Shown here: one piece after another, positions 9,815-18,519 of the stretch | How the letters are laid out: each line of letters starts with the position of its first letter | Position numbering within the stretch: the stretch's first letter is position 1 | Origin: Candidatus Peregrinibacteria bacterium CG10_big_fil_rev_8_21_14_0_10_49_10 | GTDB taxonomy: Bacteria > Patescibacteriota > Gracilibacteria > Peribacterales > Peribacteraceae | Reading direction: 5' to 3' | Assembly: GCA_002772545.1 (NCBI GenBank) | Contig: PFDR01000065.1 | Span: 1 to 54,327 of the forward strand | Length of the DNA: 54,327 nucleotides | Made by a program: the position numbers and the translations under genes | The notes under the pieces: model-generated | The model's input: the letters and a program-made list of their open reading frames with translations, nothing else | What the model was told of the DNA's origin: nothing | Database searches by the model: none

Positions 9815-10423
9815 ATGTCTCCCCTCACTCCTCATCAGCGCACAGTACTTACCTACATTGGTGAATTCCAACGGAAGCGCGGGTACTCACCATCACTTTC
9901 AGATCTCGCTATTGCCTTTGGCGTGCGCAGTAAAAACGCCATCGCCAAAGTGATTACAGTACTGGTCCGCGAGGGGCACATAGAAAAAGACCCCAAGGGG
10001 CGTATTAAAATTCTGGAAAGAGCAGAAGCACTGGATGCTCCCCAGCCTATGGTGCTGCCTCTCTTCGGTCCCATTTCTGCGGGCTTTGCTGCCCCTGTAG
10101 AAGAGCAGGCAGAAGAACTTGTAAAATTGGATGATTACCTTATACGTGATCAGGCAGCAACATTTTTACTGCGGGTAAGAGGTGACAGTATGATAGACGC
10201 CGGCATCTTCGAAGGAGATCTGGTGATTGCAGAACGTGGAAAGGAGCCCAAAGCCAATGAAGTGGTTGTGGGAGTTCTGGACGGAGAATTTACTCTCAAA
10301 CGCCTAAAGAAAGAGAAGGGAAAGTACTACCTGCAGGCCGAAAATCCTGAGTACCCGGATATGTATGCACTGGAAGAGCTGAAAGTAGCGGGAGTAGTGC
10401 GGGGAGTCATTCGGAAATACTAG
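9815..10423 (+). CDS. lexA: LexA-family repressor with UmuD-like S24 peptidase domain
   Basis: Winged-helix N-terminus (LTPHQ..GYSPSLSDLA), Ala-Gly site ISAGF, catalytic Ser (GDSM) and Lys (TLKR). Confidence 0.9.
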   Translation: MSPLTPHQRTVLTYIGEFQRKRGYSPSLSDLAIAFGVRSKNAIAKVITVLVREGHIEKDPKGRIKILERAEALDAPQPMVLPLFGPISAGFAAPVEEQAEELVKLDDYLIRDQAATFLLRVRGDSMIDAGIFEGDLVIAERGKEPKANEVVVGVLDGEFTLKRLKKEKGKYYLQAENPEYPDMYALEELKVAGVVRGVIRKY

Positions 10424-10427
10424 CTTC

Positions 10428-10462
10428 GAATTAAGAATTAAGAATTATGAATGAAGATTAGC
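10428..10462. repeat. Heptamer array (GAATTAA-type), left arm of four-helix-bundle locus 1
   Basis: GAATTAA GAATTAA GAATTAT GAATGAA GATTAGC then ATG. Confidence 0.85.
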
Positions 10463-10882
10463 ATGGCACAAGTAGTACAAAATAAAACGGCTCCGCACAA
10501 GAAGATACAATCTTTCACAGATCTAGATGCTTGGAAAGCAGGGCATAATCTTGTCATTACCGTTTATGAAATTGCAAAAAAATTCCCAAAATGCGAAGAA
10601 TTTGAACTAGCAAAGCAGCTAAAAAGAGCAGTGACATCTATTACTTCAAATATTGCGGAGGGATTCAGTAGGCAGTCGTATAAGGAAAAAATGTATTTTT
10701 ATAGGATAGCGCTCGGTTCACTTACAGAGGTGCAAAATCAATTACTGATTGGTAGGGATGTACAACTGATTACTCAAGATATTTTTTATAGAGCGACTAA
10801 TCAGGCTGTTACTGCAAGTAAAATCATCAACGGACTCATCAAATCAACAGGGATGAGAAGAATGCAAGTTCCTAATTCTTAA
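10463..10882 (+). CDS. Four helix bundle protein (23S rRNA IVP/TIGR02436, Avd-like fold), copy 1
   Basis: SFTDLDAW..G, FP..E.F.L..QLKRAVTSITSNIAEG, IALGSLTEVQNQ, INGLI; start 10463 or 10451. Confidence 0.9.
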   Translation: MAQVVQNKTAPHKKIQSFTDLDAWKAGHNLVITVYEIAKKFPKCEEFELAKQLKRAVTSITSNIAEGFSRQSYKEKMYFYRIALGSLTEVQNQLLIGRDVQLITQDIFYRATNQAVTASKIINGLIKSTGMRRMQVPNS

Positions 10883-10895
10883 TTCCTAATTCCCT
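10868..10895. repeat. Heptamer array (TAATTCY), right arm of locus 1
   Basis: GTTCC TAATTCT TAATTCC TAATTCC is the reverse complement of the left-arm unit and contains the stop codon. Confidence 0.85.
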
Positions 10896-10900
10896 GCCTC

Positions 10901-12091
10901 GTGATAACGCATATTGATGCTGACGCTTTCTTCGCCTCCGTACTCCAGCGGAAGTACCCCAAACTCCGCGGAAAACCCCTTTTGGCACTGGGAATGGGCG
11001 GTGGGTGTGTTATTGCAGCCAGTTACGAAGCGAAAGCGATGGGCGTACGTACGGGCATGCGCCTGGTGGAAGCCCGCAAGCTCTGTAAGGGTGCGATAGA
11101 AATGCCCTCGGATTTTGAGGAAACGGCCGTCGCTTCGCATCAGATTGCTTCCATTCTCGGAGAACAATGTCCGGTACTGGAAAAAATGTCGGTGGATGAA
11201 TGGTTTGCGGATCTCAAATTATTGCAGGGAGGACTCCCAAAGAACCCGGGGCTGTGGGCACAGAGAATGCAGGAAGATATTGTTCTGCGTGTCGGCATTT
11301 CTGTCTCTGTCGGCATAGCACAGAGCAAATTGCTCGCTAAAATGGCCAGCGAGTACCGCAAGCCTGCAGGAGTAACAGTGGTAGAACAGAAGGACATCGA
11401 AGCATTCTTACGGGATCGTCCTGCAGCAGCTATTCCGGGCATTGGAAAAAGACGTTCTCTGCATGCCGAAGCCAATCGCTGGGAAACAGCATGGGATATT
11501 GCCACCGCAGACACTGAGATCATCAACCGGCTCTTCGGCAAACCCGGAAGGGAGATGCAGCTTGAGCTCCTTGGACACCGCCTCTATGAGGTAGAGACTT
11601 CTTGCACACCTCCCAAATCTATTTCACGGTGCCGGAGCTTTCGTGCCGACGAAAACCGGGGTGCCATCTTCTCCTCTCTGCTTGACCATGTGAGTTACAC
11701 CATCCTCAAAATGCGCCGCCATGGGCTCGTGTGCCGGGAAATAACAGTATGGCTGCGCAACGGTGAATATCGGCACAATGGCAGAAATGCCAGGCTCCCC
11801 CAGCCTATGGATACCGAAGAACAGATTTTGCCGTATGTGCGCCAGTGCTTCGGCCGTTTGTACGCCGAAACGCCCCGCTGTACGCAGACAGGACTTGCTC
11901 TCTGTGGGTTGCAGTCAAAGGGCGTACTGCAATACTCCCTTTTTGAAGACGTAAAACGCACGGGTTCCAGTGAACAGATTCAGGAAAAACTGGATGAACT
12001 CCACACACGTTTCGGAAGAATGTCGGTGACACGGGGGTCAGCCATACCGGCTAAAAAAGAGAGCAGGCCGCACCTCAATATTTTGCATTAA
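10901..12091 (+). CDS. dinB: Y-family DNA polymerase (DinB/UmuC-like)
   Basis: HIDADAFFASV, IAASYEAK, SVDE, LAKMAS...KPAG, IPGIG; clamp-binding-like QYSLF. Confidence 0.9.
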   Translation: MITHIDADAFFASVLQRKYPKLRGKPLLALGMGGGCVIAASYEAKAMGVRTGMRLVEARKLCKGAIEMPSDFEETAVASHQIASILGEQCPVLEKMSVDEWFADLKLLQGGLPKNPGLWAQRMQEDIVLRVGISVSVGIAQSKLLAKMASEYRKPAGVTVVEQKDIEAFLRDRPAAAIPGIGKRRSLHAEANRWETAWDIATADTEIINRLFGKPGREMQLELLGHRLYEVETSCTPPKSISRCRSFRADENRGAIFSSLLDHVSYTILKMRRHGLVCREITVWLRNGEYRHNGRNARLPQPMDTEEQILPYVRQCFGRLYAETPRCTQTGLALCGLQSKGVLQYSLFEDVKRTGSSEQIQEKLDELHTRFGRMSVTRGSAIPAKKESRPHLNILH

Positions 12092-14823
12092 GCCAAGCTC
12101 TGCAGGCGCTCTTGTATCTTTGCAAGCTTCTCCTGCGTACTCGTTAACTTCTCCTGCTCTCCCTGCACCACTTCCGCAGGTGCGGAAGAAAGGAATGTCT
12201 TGTTGTTGAGTTTTGCCTGTATTCCGGTAAGGAACTGCGAAAGACTTGCCTGCTCTTTTATTAATTTTGCCCGTACCTTCTCTTTGTCTACGAGTCCCTC
12301 CAGAGGCATATGCACTTCTGTTCCCTGTAGAAAAGTACTGGCTGCATTTTCATGCTGCTGTGGGTTGCCATCTATAGTCAGGTTTTCCAGACGCGCCAGA
12401 CGAATAATATGCTCACGTTCGTTCTCCAGAAGAGAACCGTGTTTGGAGTGAATAACAACATTCACTTTCTTTGCCGGCTCCAGGTCCTGCTCGGCACGCA
12501 TGACACGGATGGAGGAGATAACATCTATAACCACCTGTAGCTGATTAAAAGCCTCCTGATCGTGGAGCTTCGCATCTACCTCGGGCCAGGGCATCGTAAG
12601 AAGCATAGGAGCCTCCTGAGGCTTGCAATGCTCCCACAGGGCTTCTGTAACGAACGGACAGTAGGGATGAAGAAGTAGCAGAAGTGTACGCAGTGCATGA
12701 ACCAGTACGGCAGGATTTGCATCGCCCTTGGAAAGTTCTAAGTACCAGTCGCAGAAGTAGTCCCAGGTAAAGCTGTAGAGCCGCTCCCCCACATCACTCA
12801 GACGGTATGCTTCCATTCCTTCAGTGACATCCCGAATGAGATCCTGCAGAGCAGAAAGAAGCGCCCGATCCGCCAGCGAGCTGTCAGCTGATAGCTGATA
12901 ACTGATAGCAATTGTATGCAGATCTACCTTTGCCTCCTCACACTGCATGAATACAAACCGACTCGCATTCCAAAGTTTATTGATGAAGTTTCGGTACCCC
13001 GCAATCTTTTCATCATACAAACGTGAATCGTTTCCGGGACTCTGGCCGAGGATCATGGAAAGGCGCAATGCATCGGCGCCGTACTTGGGGATAATCTCGA
13101 GAGGATCTATACAGGTTTCGGGGTCGGACTTGCTCATCTTCTTCCCTTCCCGTGTGCGGATGAGACCATGGAGGTAGACGGTTTCAAAGGGTATGTTCCC
13201 CGTAGCGTAGGTTGTCATAAGGATCATACGAGCCACCCAGAAGAAGAGAATATCGTAGCCTGTTTCCATGACCTGCGTAGGATGGAACCGTTGGTAGTCG
13301 GGACTCTTTTCGAGGATGTCTTTGAGTGAAAGAGAGTAGTCTTCGGTCAGGCTTTTATCCACCAATGTGCTCCACGTCCAGAGAGCGGAAGAAAACCAGG
13401 TATCCAATGTATCGGAATCCTGCTCTACGAACTCTCCGCAATGTGGACATGTGGGAAGCAGCTGTACGGAGACGTACTGACCGCTTTCTGGACTACTGCT
13501 ATCACCACATTTCGTACAGTAAAAGACCGGCACCCTGTGCCCCCACCAGATCTGCCGGGAAATGCACCAGTCACGCAGGTTATCTATCCAATGGAAGTAG
13601 ATCTTGTTGAACTTCTCCGGAATAATTTTGATGTCCCCGGTATTCACAACAGTTTGCATCACCTCCTTTAAGCTCATTTTTTTCGGAGAAAGAACACCGA
13701 ACCGTTTGCCGCCCCACGGCACAACCTTCTTATTCACATCTATAAACCACTGCAAACGCACCTGCGGTTCTATCTTCCCTTTCCCACGGGAGTTGATGGC
13801 TACAGCATGTTCGTAGTTATCCTCTACACGCACGACAAGTCCTTTCTTCTCCAGTTTCTCCAGTACTTTCGGTCGTGCCTCCTCTATGGGTAAACCGGCA
13901 AACTCCTCTCCGGCAACCGAGAGCAGCTTCCCTTCAAAATCAATAATCTGACCGTAGTCGAGCTTGTGCCGCTGGGCAATTTCAAAGTCAGTATGGTCGT
14001 GCCACGGTGTAATGGTCATACAACCGGAACCGAAAGCAGGGTCTACCGCCGCATCTTTTATGACGGTAGCCGTGATGGGACCATTGATCCACTCGCACTC
14101 AAACGTATCACCGTGCTTGTACTCCCTGTAACGTTCGTCGTCCGGATGCATAACAACGTACTTGTCACCAAACTTGGTTTCCGGACGCACCGTACCTATC
14201 TGAAACGGCCCGTACTGAAACCAGTAGAAAGGATCTTTTCGGTTCACATGCTCCACTTCGTCATCCGAAACATTCGTTTGTAAATTTGGATCCCAGTTTA
14301 CGATGCGGTTACCGCGATAAATGAGACCGTCGTTGTACATCTGTACAAATACTTCATTCACACAGCGATTCAATGTGGGATCCATAGTATAGGCCTCACG
14401 GGACCAGTCGCAGGAGCTGCCCATTTTACGCACCTGCGAGCGGATGGTATCGCGACTGGTCTCTACAAATGCTGCAATCCGTTTGAGGAGCTCCTCTCGC
14501 CCCAGTTCTTCACGGGGATGCGCCATGCCCTCTTTTTGGAGTCGTGCTATGACCACATTCTCTGTGGCAATGGCAGCATGATCTGTACCGGGAACCCATA
14601 GGGCCTCCTTCCCTTTCATGCGCTCATAGCGAATAAAGATGTCCTCCAGTGCCAACATGACCGCATGACCAAGGTGCAGTTGCCCCGTCGCATTCGGCGG
14701 AGGCATGCTGATGGTAAATGTCTCCTTATCGCTCTCTGTACTGGGTGTAAAGGCGCCACTTTCCTCCCACATAGAATAGATGCGGTCTTCGGTACCCTGT
14801 GGATCATACGCTTTGGGCAACAT
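12088..14823 (-). CDS. valS: Valine--tRNA ligase
   Basis: PPPNATGQLHLGH, GTDHA, DWCISRQIWWGH, DTWFSS, KMSKS, C-terminal coiled coil; ATG 14823. Confidence 0.97.
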   Translation of the reverse strand: MLPKAYDPQGTEDRIYSMWEESGAFTPSTESDKETFTISMPPPNATGQLHLGHAVMLALEDIFIRYERMKGKEALWVPGTDHAAIATENVVIARLQKEGMAHPREELGREELLKRIAAFVETSRDTIRSQVRKMGSSCDWSREAYTMDPTLNRCVNEVFVQMYNDGLIYRGNRIVNWDPNLQTNVSDDEVEHVNRKDPFYWFQYGPFQIGTVRPETKFGDKYVVMHPDDERYREYKHGDTFECEWINGPITATVIKDAAVDPAFGSGCMTITPWHDHTDFEIAQRHKLDYGQIIDFEGKLLSVAGEEFAGLPIEEARPKVLEKLEKKGLVVRVEDNYEHAVAINSRGKGKIEPQVRLQWFIDVNKKVVPWGGKRFGVLSPKKMSLKEVMQTVVNTGDIKIIPEKFNKIYFHWIDNLRDWCISRQIWWGHRVPVFYCTKCGDSSSPESGQYVSVQLLPTCPHCGEFVEQDSDTLDTWFSSALWTWSTLVDKSLTEDYSLSLKDILEKSPDYQRFHPTQVMETGYDILFFWVARMILMTTYATGNIPFETVYLHGLIRTREGKKMSKSDPETCIDPLEIIPKYGADALRLSMILGQSPGNDSRLYDEKIAGYRNFINKLWNASRFVFMQCEEAKVDLHTIAISYQLSADSSLADRALLSALQDLIRDVTEGMEAYRLSDVGERLYSFTWDYFCDWYLELSKGDANPAVLVHALRTLLLLLHPYCPFVTEALWEHCKPQEAPMLLTMPWPEVDAKLHDQEAFNQLQVVIDVISSIRVMRAEQDLEPAKKVNVVIHSKHGSLLENEREHIIRLARLENLTIDGNPQQHENAASTFLQGTEVHMPLEGLVDKEKVRAKLIKEQASLSQFLTGIQAKLNNKTFLSSAPAEVVQGEQEKLTSTQEKLAKIQERLQSLA
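12879..12909. repeat. Heptamer array (AGCTGAT-type) inside valS, frame preserved
   Basis: AGCTGTC AGCTGAT AGCTGAT AACTGAT AGC, read as AISYQLSADS in ValS. Confidence 0.75.
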
Positions 14824-14987
14824 TAGAAGTGGAGAAACAGTACAAAGTCGCGAAGCGGAAGCTTGCTTTCGCTGGAGCGACACCTCTTAAGGGAAAGGGG
14901 TGTCCGTGAGGGGAAAACCGCAGGTTTGCCCCTCACGATAGAAATGCGGTCTTCGGTTCCCTGTGGATCGTAAGCTTTTGGGAGCAT
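14823..14987 (-). CDS. 54-aa valS leader ORF beginning with a duplicate of the ValS N-terminus
   Basis: Hand translation MLPKAYDPQGTEDRISIVRGKPAVF...FVLFLHF*; its stop overlaps the valS start (TAATG). Confidence 0.55.
   Translation of the reverse strand: MLPKAYDPQGTEDRISIVRGKPAVFPSRTPLSLKRCRSSESKLPLRDFVLFLHF
14905..14937. repeat. GC-rich REP-like hairpin
   Basis: CGTGAGGGG-AAAACCGCAGGTTTG-CCCCTCACG. Confidence 0.65.
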
Positions 14988-15136
14988 GGAAAAGCAATGA
15001 GCTATGCGTTACAAGCAGCATAATGCTACCAGCAAAGAGCAGAAAGCTAAATCCAATGAATACATAGGCATCCCGCAAAGAAATTCAGAAAAACAATTGA
15101 GTCGGCTTGTGCTCAGGATTACAGTTATCCGCTAAC

Positions 15137-15643
15137 ATGACACTTTTTGCAAATACCCTTCAGGCCGCTCTGCGAAAGCGAAAATCCATCGCCATACCTC
15201 ACCTTGTGCAACTAAAAAGGGATATTTGCATACGCCACCTGCGTACCGACGGAATTCTACAGACTGTAGGCGCTCTTCCTCTGGCAGTGGGGGCTGGTGT
15301 AACAAAACTGGGAAACGCAGTTGTGGGAGATGTTGCTGTATTCTTCGGAGCACATGTAGAACCTATTCCCCTTCCCGAAGGATACTTTCCCTACACACGT
15401 AGGAACGTTGCTTCAATTTCAGAAAATATATCCAAATTAGTGCACAACATTCTGCATCTACACCTGCTACAGGCACTGGCGAACGCTGCAAAGAGCAGCG
15501 CCGACATCTTCGACCTGTTTGGGGATACTCTCCTGGATGCAGGAACAACCGTCTTCTGCCATACGTACTCCACCCGCAGAATACAGGAGCCACTTTTCAG
15601 TGATCCTTCCGAAGTTCTGCCACAATTTGGGCTCCCTGCCTGA
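15137..15643 (+). CDS. Hypothetical protein
   Basis: Long ORF divergent from valS; no recognised motif. Confidence 0.55.
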   Translation: MTLFANTLQAALRKRKSIAIPHLVQLKRDICIRHLRTDGILQTVGALPLAVGAGVTKLGNAVVGDVAVFFGAHVEPIPLPEGYFPYTRRNVASISENISKLVHNILHLHLLQALANAAKSSADIFDLFGDTLLDAGTTVFCHTYSTRRIQEPLFSDPSEVLPQFGLPA

Positions 15644-15877
15644 CGTTTGGAAAGCACAGAAAAGTGTTTTTCTTTGTTGATATAAAAAACGACCGCCGGT
15701 AGAGGGCGGTCATCTTCAAATGGGAGAAAGATCAATAACTTCTTTAGTTGAAGCCGACACTTTTTACAGCAAGATGTAAAACCGTGCAAGTATTTCTACA
15801 GGAAATCGTTGCCAAAAAGAGTGTTTCATACTATATTTCTCGTTCACATGCATGTAGATATAGGATCAGAAATGGGC

Positions 15878-16324
15878 ATGAAGGAACAGAGGCTTGTGTG
15901 GAAGCAGACTCCAAACACATTGGGAAGCAACACAGGCTTTTCTGAGCCATCCGACAGACTGTGTACTCTTACGGGCATTACACGTATTCGAGAGAGTACG
16001 GTGGATGCTGTGGGGGGTATTATGAAAGGAACTGGGAAGATTTTGAGCGGTGAGCCTCTCAAGGGATTGGCAAAGGTCGGTGAATCTGTATTCAATATAC
16101 TGGATATTCCTGCCAGTGCAGTCGCTGACTTCAGCACCGCAATCACCCGGCCTGTAGACCGTAAACCGGGGACTTCTGAATATGGTTTAAACGTTTCCCG
16201 TGCACTCGGATCGTTTAAAGAGGCAAAGAGGCCAACAGAATTTATCGGGGCTACCATAGATACGATACACGCCATCGGCTTCCGTGCAGGCAGCGACATT
16301 CTCCGCATCATTCAGAAGAACTAA
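15878..16324 (+). CDS. Hypothetical protein
   Basis: ORF with amphipathic Gly-rich helices; TAATG coupling to the next ORF; start uncertain (15848/15872/15878). Confidence 0.6.
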   Translation: MKEQRLVWKQTPNTLGSNTGFSEPSDRLCTLTGITRIRESTVDAVGGIMKGTGKILSGEPLKGLAKVGESVFNILDIPASAVADFSTAITRPVDRKPGTSEYGLNVSRALGSFKEAKRPTEFIGATIDTIHAIGFRAGSDILRIIQKN

Positions 16325-16527
16325 TGTCTGTGGAAGCAGCAGCACCGGCGAGTGAAGCCGCACTCAACACAAGTGCAGTAGCGGGTTCTGTGGAGCTTAT
16401 TCAGAAATTCTTCAGCCTGAAACTGGGAGAATACACTGTACTGGAGTACACAGGTGCCGCTTTCATTATTGCCGGTGTGGTCGGTTTGACGCGGTGGGCT
16501 TTTGCAAAAGCGTTCGGTTCCAACTAG
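16324..16527 (+). CDS. Small single-TM protein
   Basis: TAATG overlap; C-terminal hydrophobic helix. Confidence 0.6.
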   Translation: MSVEAAAPASEAALNTSAVAGSVELIQKFFSLKLGEYTVLEYTGAAFIIAGVVGLTRWAFAKAFGSN

Positions 16528-16563
16528 CAGACAGACGACGGAGCTGCTTCAATACACATCACT

Positions 16564-16884
16564 ATGCCTACGTTTGATTTTAAATGTACAGGTTGCAGCG
16601 CAGTGTTTGAATTTCATCGCCCCTTCGGGAGCACTAAAAAACCTGCGTGCCCGGAGTGTGCATGTAAGGATGTGCAGAAGCTTATTGCTCCGCCAAGCAT
16701 CCAGTTTAAAGGGGAAGGTTTTTACAAGACAGACAGCAGGAAAGAGGCCGAAAAACCTGTAAAGGACACAAAGAGCGACAAAGCAGCTCAAACGGCACCC
16801 ACAGCGGAAAAGAAGGAACCTGGCCCAAAACCCGGGGAGAAGACCCAAAAGGAGCAAAAGGATTCTAAAGAGAAGGCGAAATAG
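16564..16884 (+). CDS. FmdB-family zinc-ribbon protein
   Basis: MPTFDFKCTGC...CPEC...FKGEGFYKTD with a Lys-rich tail. Confidence 0.9.
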   Translation: MPTFDFKCTGCSAVFEFHRPFGSTKKPACPECACKDVQKLIAPPSIQFKGEGFYKTDSRKEAEKPVKDTKSDKAAQTAPTAEKKEPGPKPGEKTQKEQKDSKEKAK

Positions 16885-17000
16885 CACGACTTCGTTGTAA
16901 AGTTTTGCCGTTACCTGCCTTGAATAAAGATTCCGTCCCCAATCATTAAGCTATTTAAAGGCAGAGCCGTATAGGGTATAATGGAGGGAACCCAACATAT

Positions 17001-17873
17001 ATGAACCAAAAAAAGCCTTTCCGCAATCACTCGTCGGTCTTCACTCGCTTCTTTGAAAAGCTGAACGATCTCACGTACTCACAACTCTTCCTGCTTTGGG
17101 CAGAACTCGCGTTGCTTTTTGCGTTTGGGTACTTTTTGTTTAGCACCATTGGCGATGTACAACACCACGGACCGGTCGCCTTGGTAGAAACCAAAGGAAT
17201 ATGGAATCGGTTTTTCAATAGTCTCTACTACAGCATTATTACAGCCACCTCTACAGGGTATGGAGATATTGTTCCACGGGGACTTTCTAAACTGCTCGCA
17301 AGTGCACAAAGCATGAGCGCTCTGCTCATTTTCGCTATATTTGTCACCAAGTTGGTTGCGCATCGCCAGGAAATTGCATTGCGCGAGGTGCACCGATTCA
17401 CCTTTGAAGATGTGTTTCATAATATCCGCGAAGGGCTCTTTATTATTCGTAAAGACTTCGACGGTATTATAGAACGGGTAGAGACGAATAAGCAGTTGGA
17501 AGAAGAGGACTGGGACACGCTTATTATCGCCTACAAACAGGCACAGAGTCTCTTTGCAGAAATTCCCGACTTCTATGACGAAGACAATCACCTCTTCACA
17601 CTGGACATGCGTCGTGAACAGCTCCTGCATGAGGCAGTCCATCGCACACTCCACCGCATAAACCATACGTTAGATGCCCTGAGCAAACATCATGTGGACT
17701 GGATTTCCAACGAGAAGAGCGTGAAAGAACTACGGGAACTTATGCTGGTGGTGAACAGGATCACACCGGTATGGCGGGAGAAGTCTCCCTATGACCGCAA
17801 GGAAGCATTTGAGGACATCATGCACTTAAAAGACAGTGTGACAAAAAGGATAGAAGGAGCATTGCCGGTATAA
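17001..17873 (+). CDS. 2-TM potassium channel family protein
   Basis: YYSIITATSTGYGDIVP selectivity filter between TM helices; helical cytoplasmic C-terminal domain. Confidence 0.85.
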   Translation: MNQKKPFRNHSSVFTRFFEKLNDLTYSQLFLLWAELALLFAFGYFLFSTIGDVQHHGPVALVETKGIWNRFFNSLYYSIITATSTGYGDIVPRGLSKLLASAQSMSALLIFAIFVTKLVAHRQEIALREVHRFTFEDVFHNIREGLFIIRKDFDGIIERVETNKQLEEEDWDTLIIAYKQAQSLFAEIPDFYDEDNHLFTLDMRREQLLHEAVHRTLHRINHTLDALSKHHVDWISNEKSVKELRELMLVVNRITPVWREKSPYDRKEAFEDIMHLKDSVTKRIEGALPV

Positions 17874-18023
17874 CCGCAAAGAAGCGTGCAGGTATTCTGG
17901 ATTGGAAGGATAACGTGAGTAAGAAGAGAGGAGGGGCATTATAAAAGTGCATGTGTTCTGCGGAGCAATAGAACAGGTTTTGTGGCTTACTGAAGAGGAT
18001 TTTTCCTAACCGTAGAAAGAAAA

Positions 18024-18047
18024 AGTGGGCAGTGGCAAGTGGGCAGT
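18024..18047. repeat. Heptamer array (AGTGGGC-type), left arm of locus 2
   Basis: AGTGGGC AGTGGCA AGTGGGC AGT. Confidence 0.85.
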
Positions 18048-18070
18048 CTCGCAATAGATACAATAGTGAT

Positions 18071-18454
18071 ATGACAAGACTACCCTATCAAAAATTGCAC
18101 ATCTGGCAGAAAGGCATGCAGTTAACCAAAAAAATCTATGCCATAACCAAATTGTTGCCTGCTGATGAACGTTACGGACTCATATCGCAAATGAATCGAG
18201 CAGCAGTCTCTGTTCCATCGAATATTGCAGAAGGCAGTCAGAGAATAACAAAAGAAGGAATGGGGCACTATTTGCGCATCGCAAGGGGATCACTGGTTGA
18301 ATTGGAAACACAAACCCTTCTCTGCAGAGAATTATTTTCGGTATGCAGTGACAGCATCACACTGCCAATTCTCAATGAAATACAGGAACTAAAAAAGATG
18401 ATGTACAGTTTCCAGCAAAAGCTACAAAGCGACAGCGAGCAAGTTTGCACATAA
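18071..18454 (+). CDS. Four helix bundle protein, copy 2
   Basis: YQKLHIWQKG, LP.DERYGLISQMNRAAVSVPSNIAEG, IARGSLVELETQ. Confidence 0.92.
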   Translation: MTRLPYQKLHIWQKGMQLTKKIYAITKLLPADERYGLISQMNRAAVSVPSNIAEGSQRITKEGMGHYLRIARGSLVELETQTLLCRELFSVCSDSITLPILNEIQELKKMMYSFQQKLQSDSEQVCT

Positions 18455-18456
18455 GC

Positions 18457-18479
18457 ACTGCCCACTTGCCACTGCCCAC
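18457..18479. repeat. Heptamer array, right arm of locus 2
   Basis: ACTGCCCACTTGCCACTGCCCAC is the exact reverse complement of 18025-18047 (23 bp). Confidence 0.9.
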
Positions 18480-18519
18480 CTGTGGTACACGTGGGCAGCA
18501 GCAAAAGAATCATTCATCG

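Noticed and set aside
14779-14987. valS duplicate as a DGR TR/VR pair
   Set aside because: The mismatches are synonymous and not confined to adenines.
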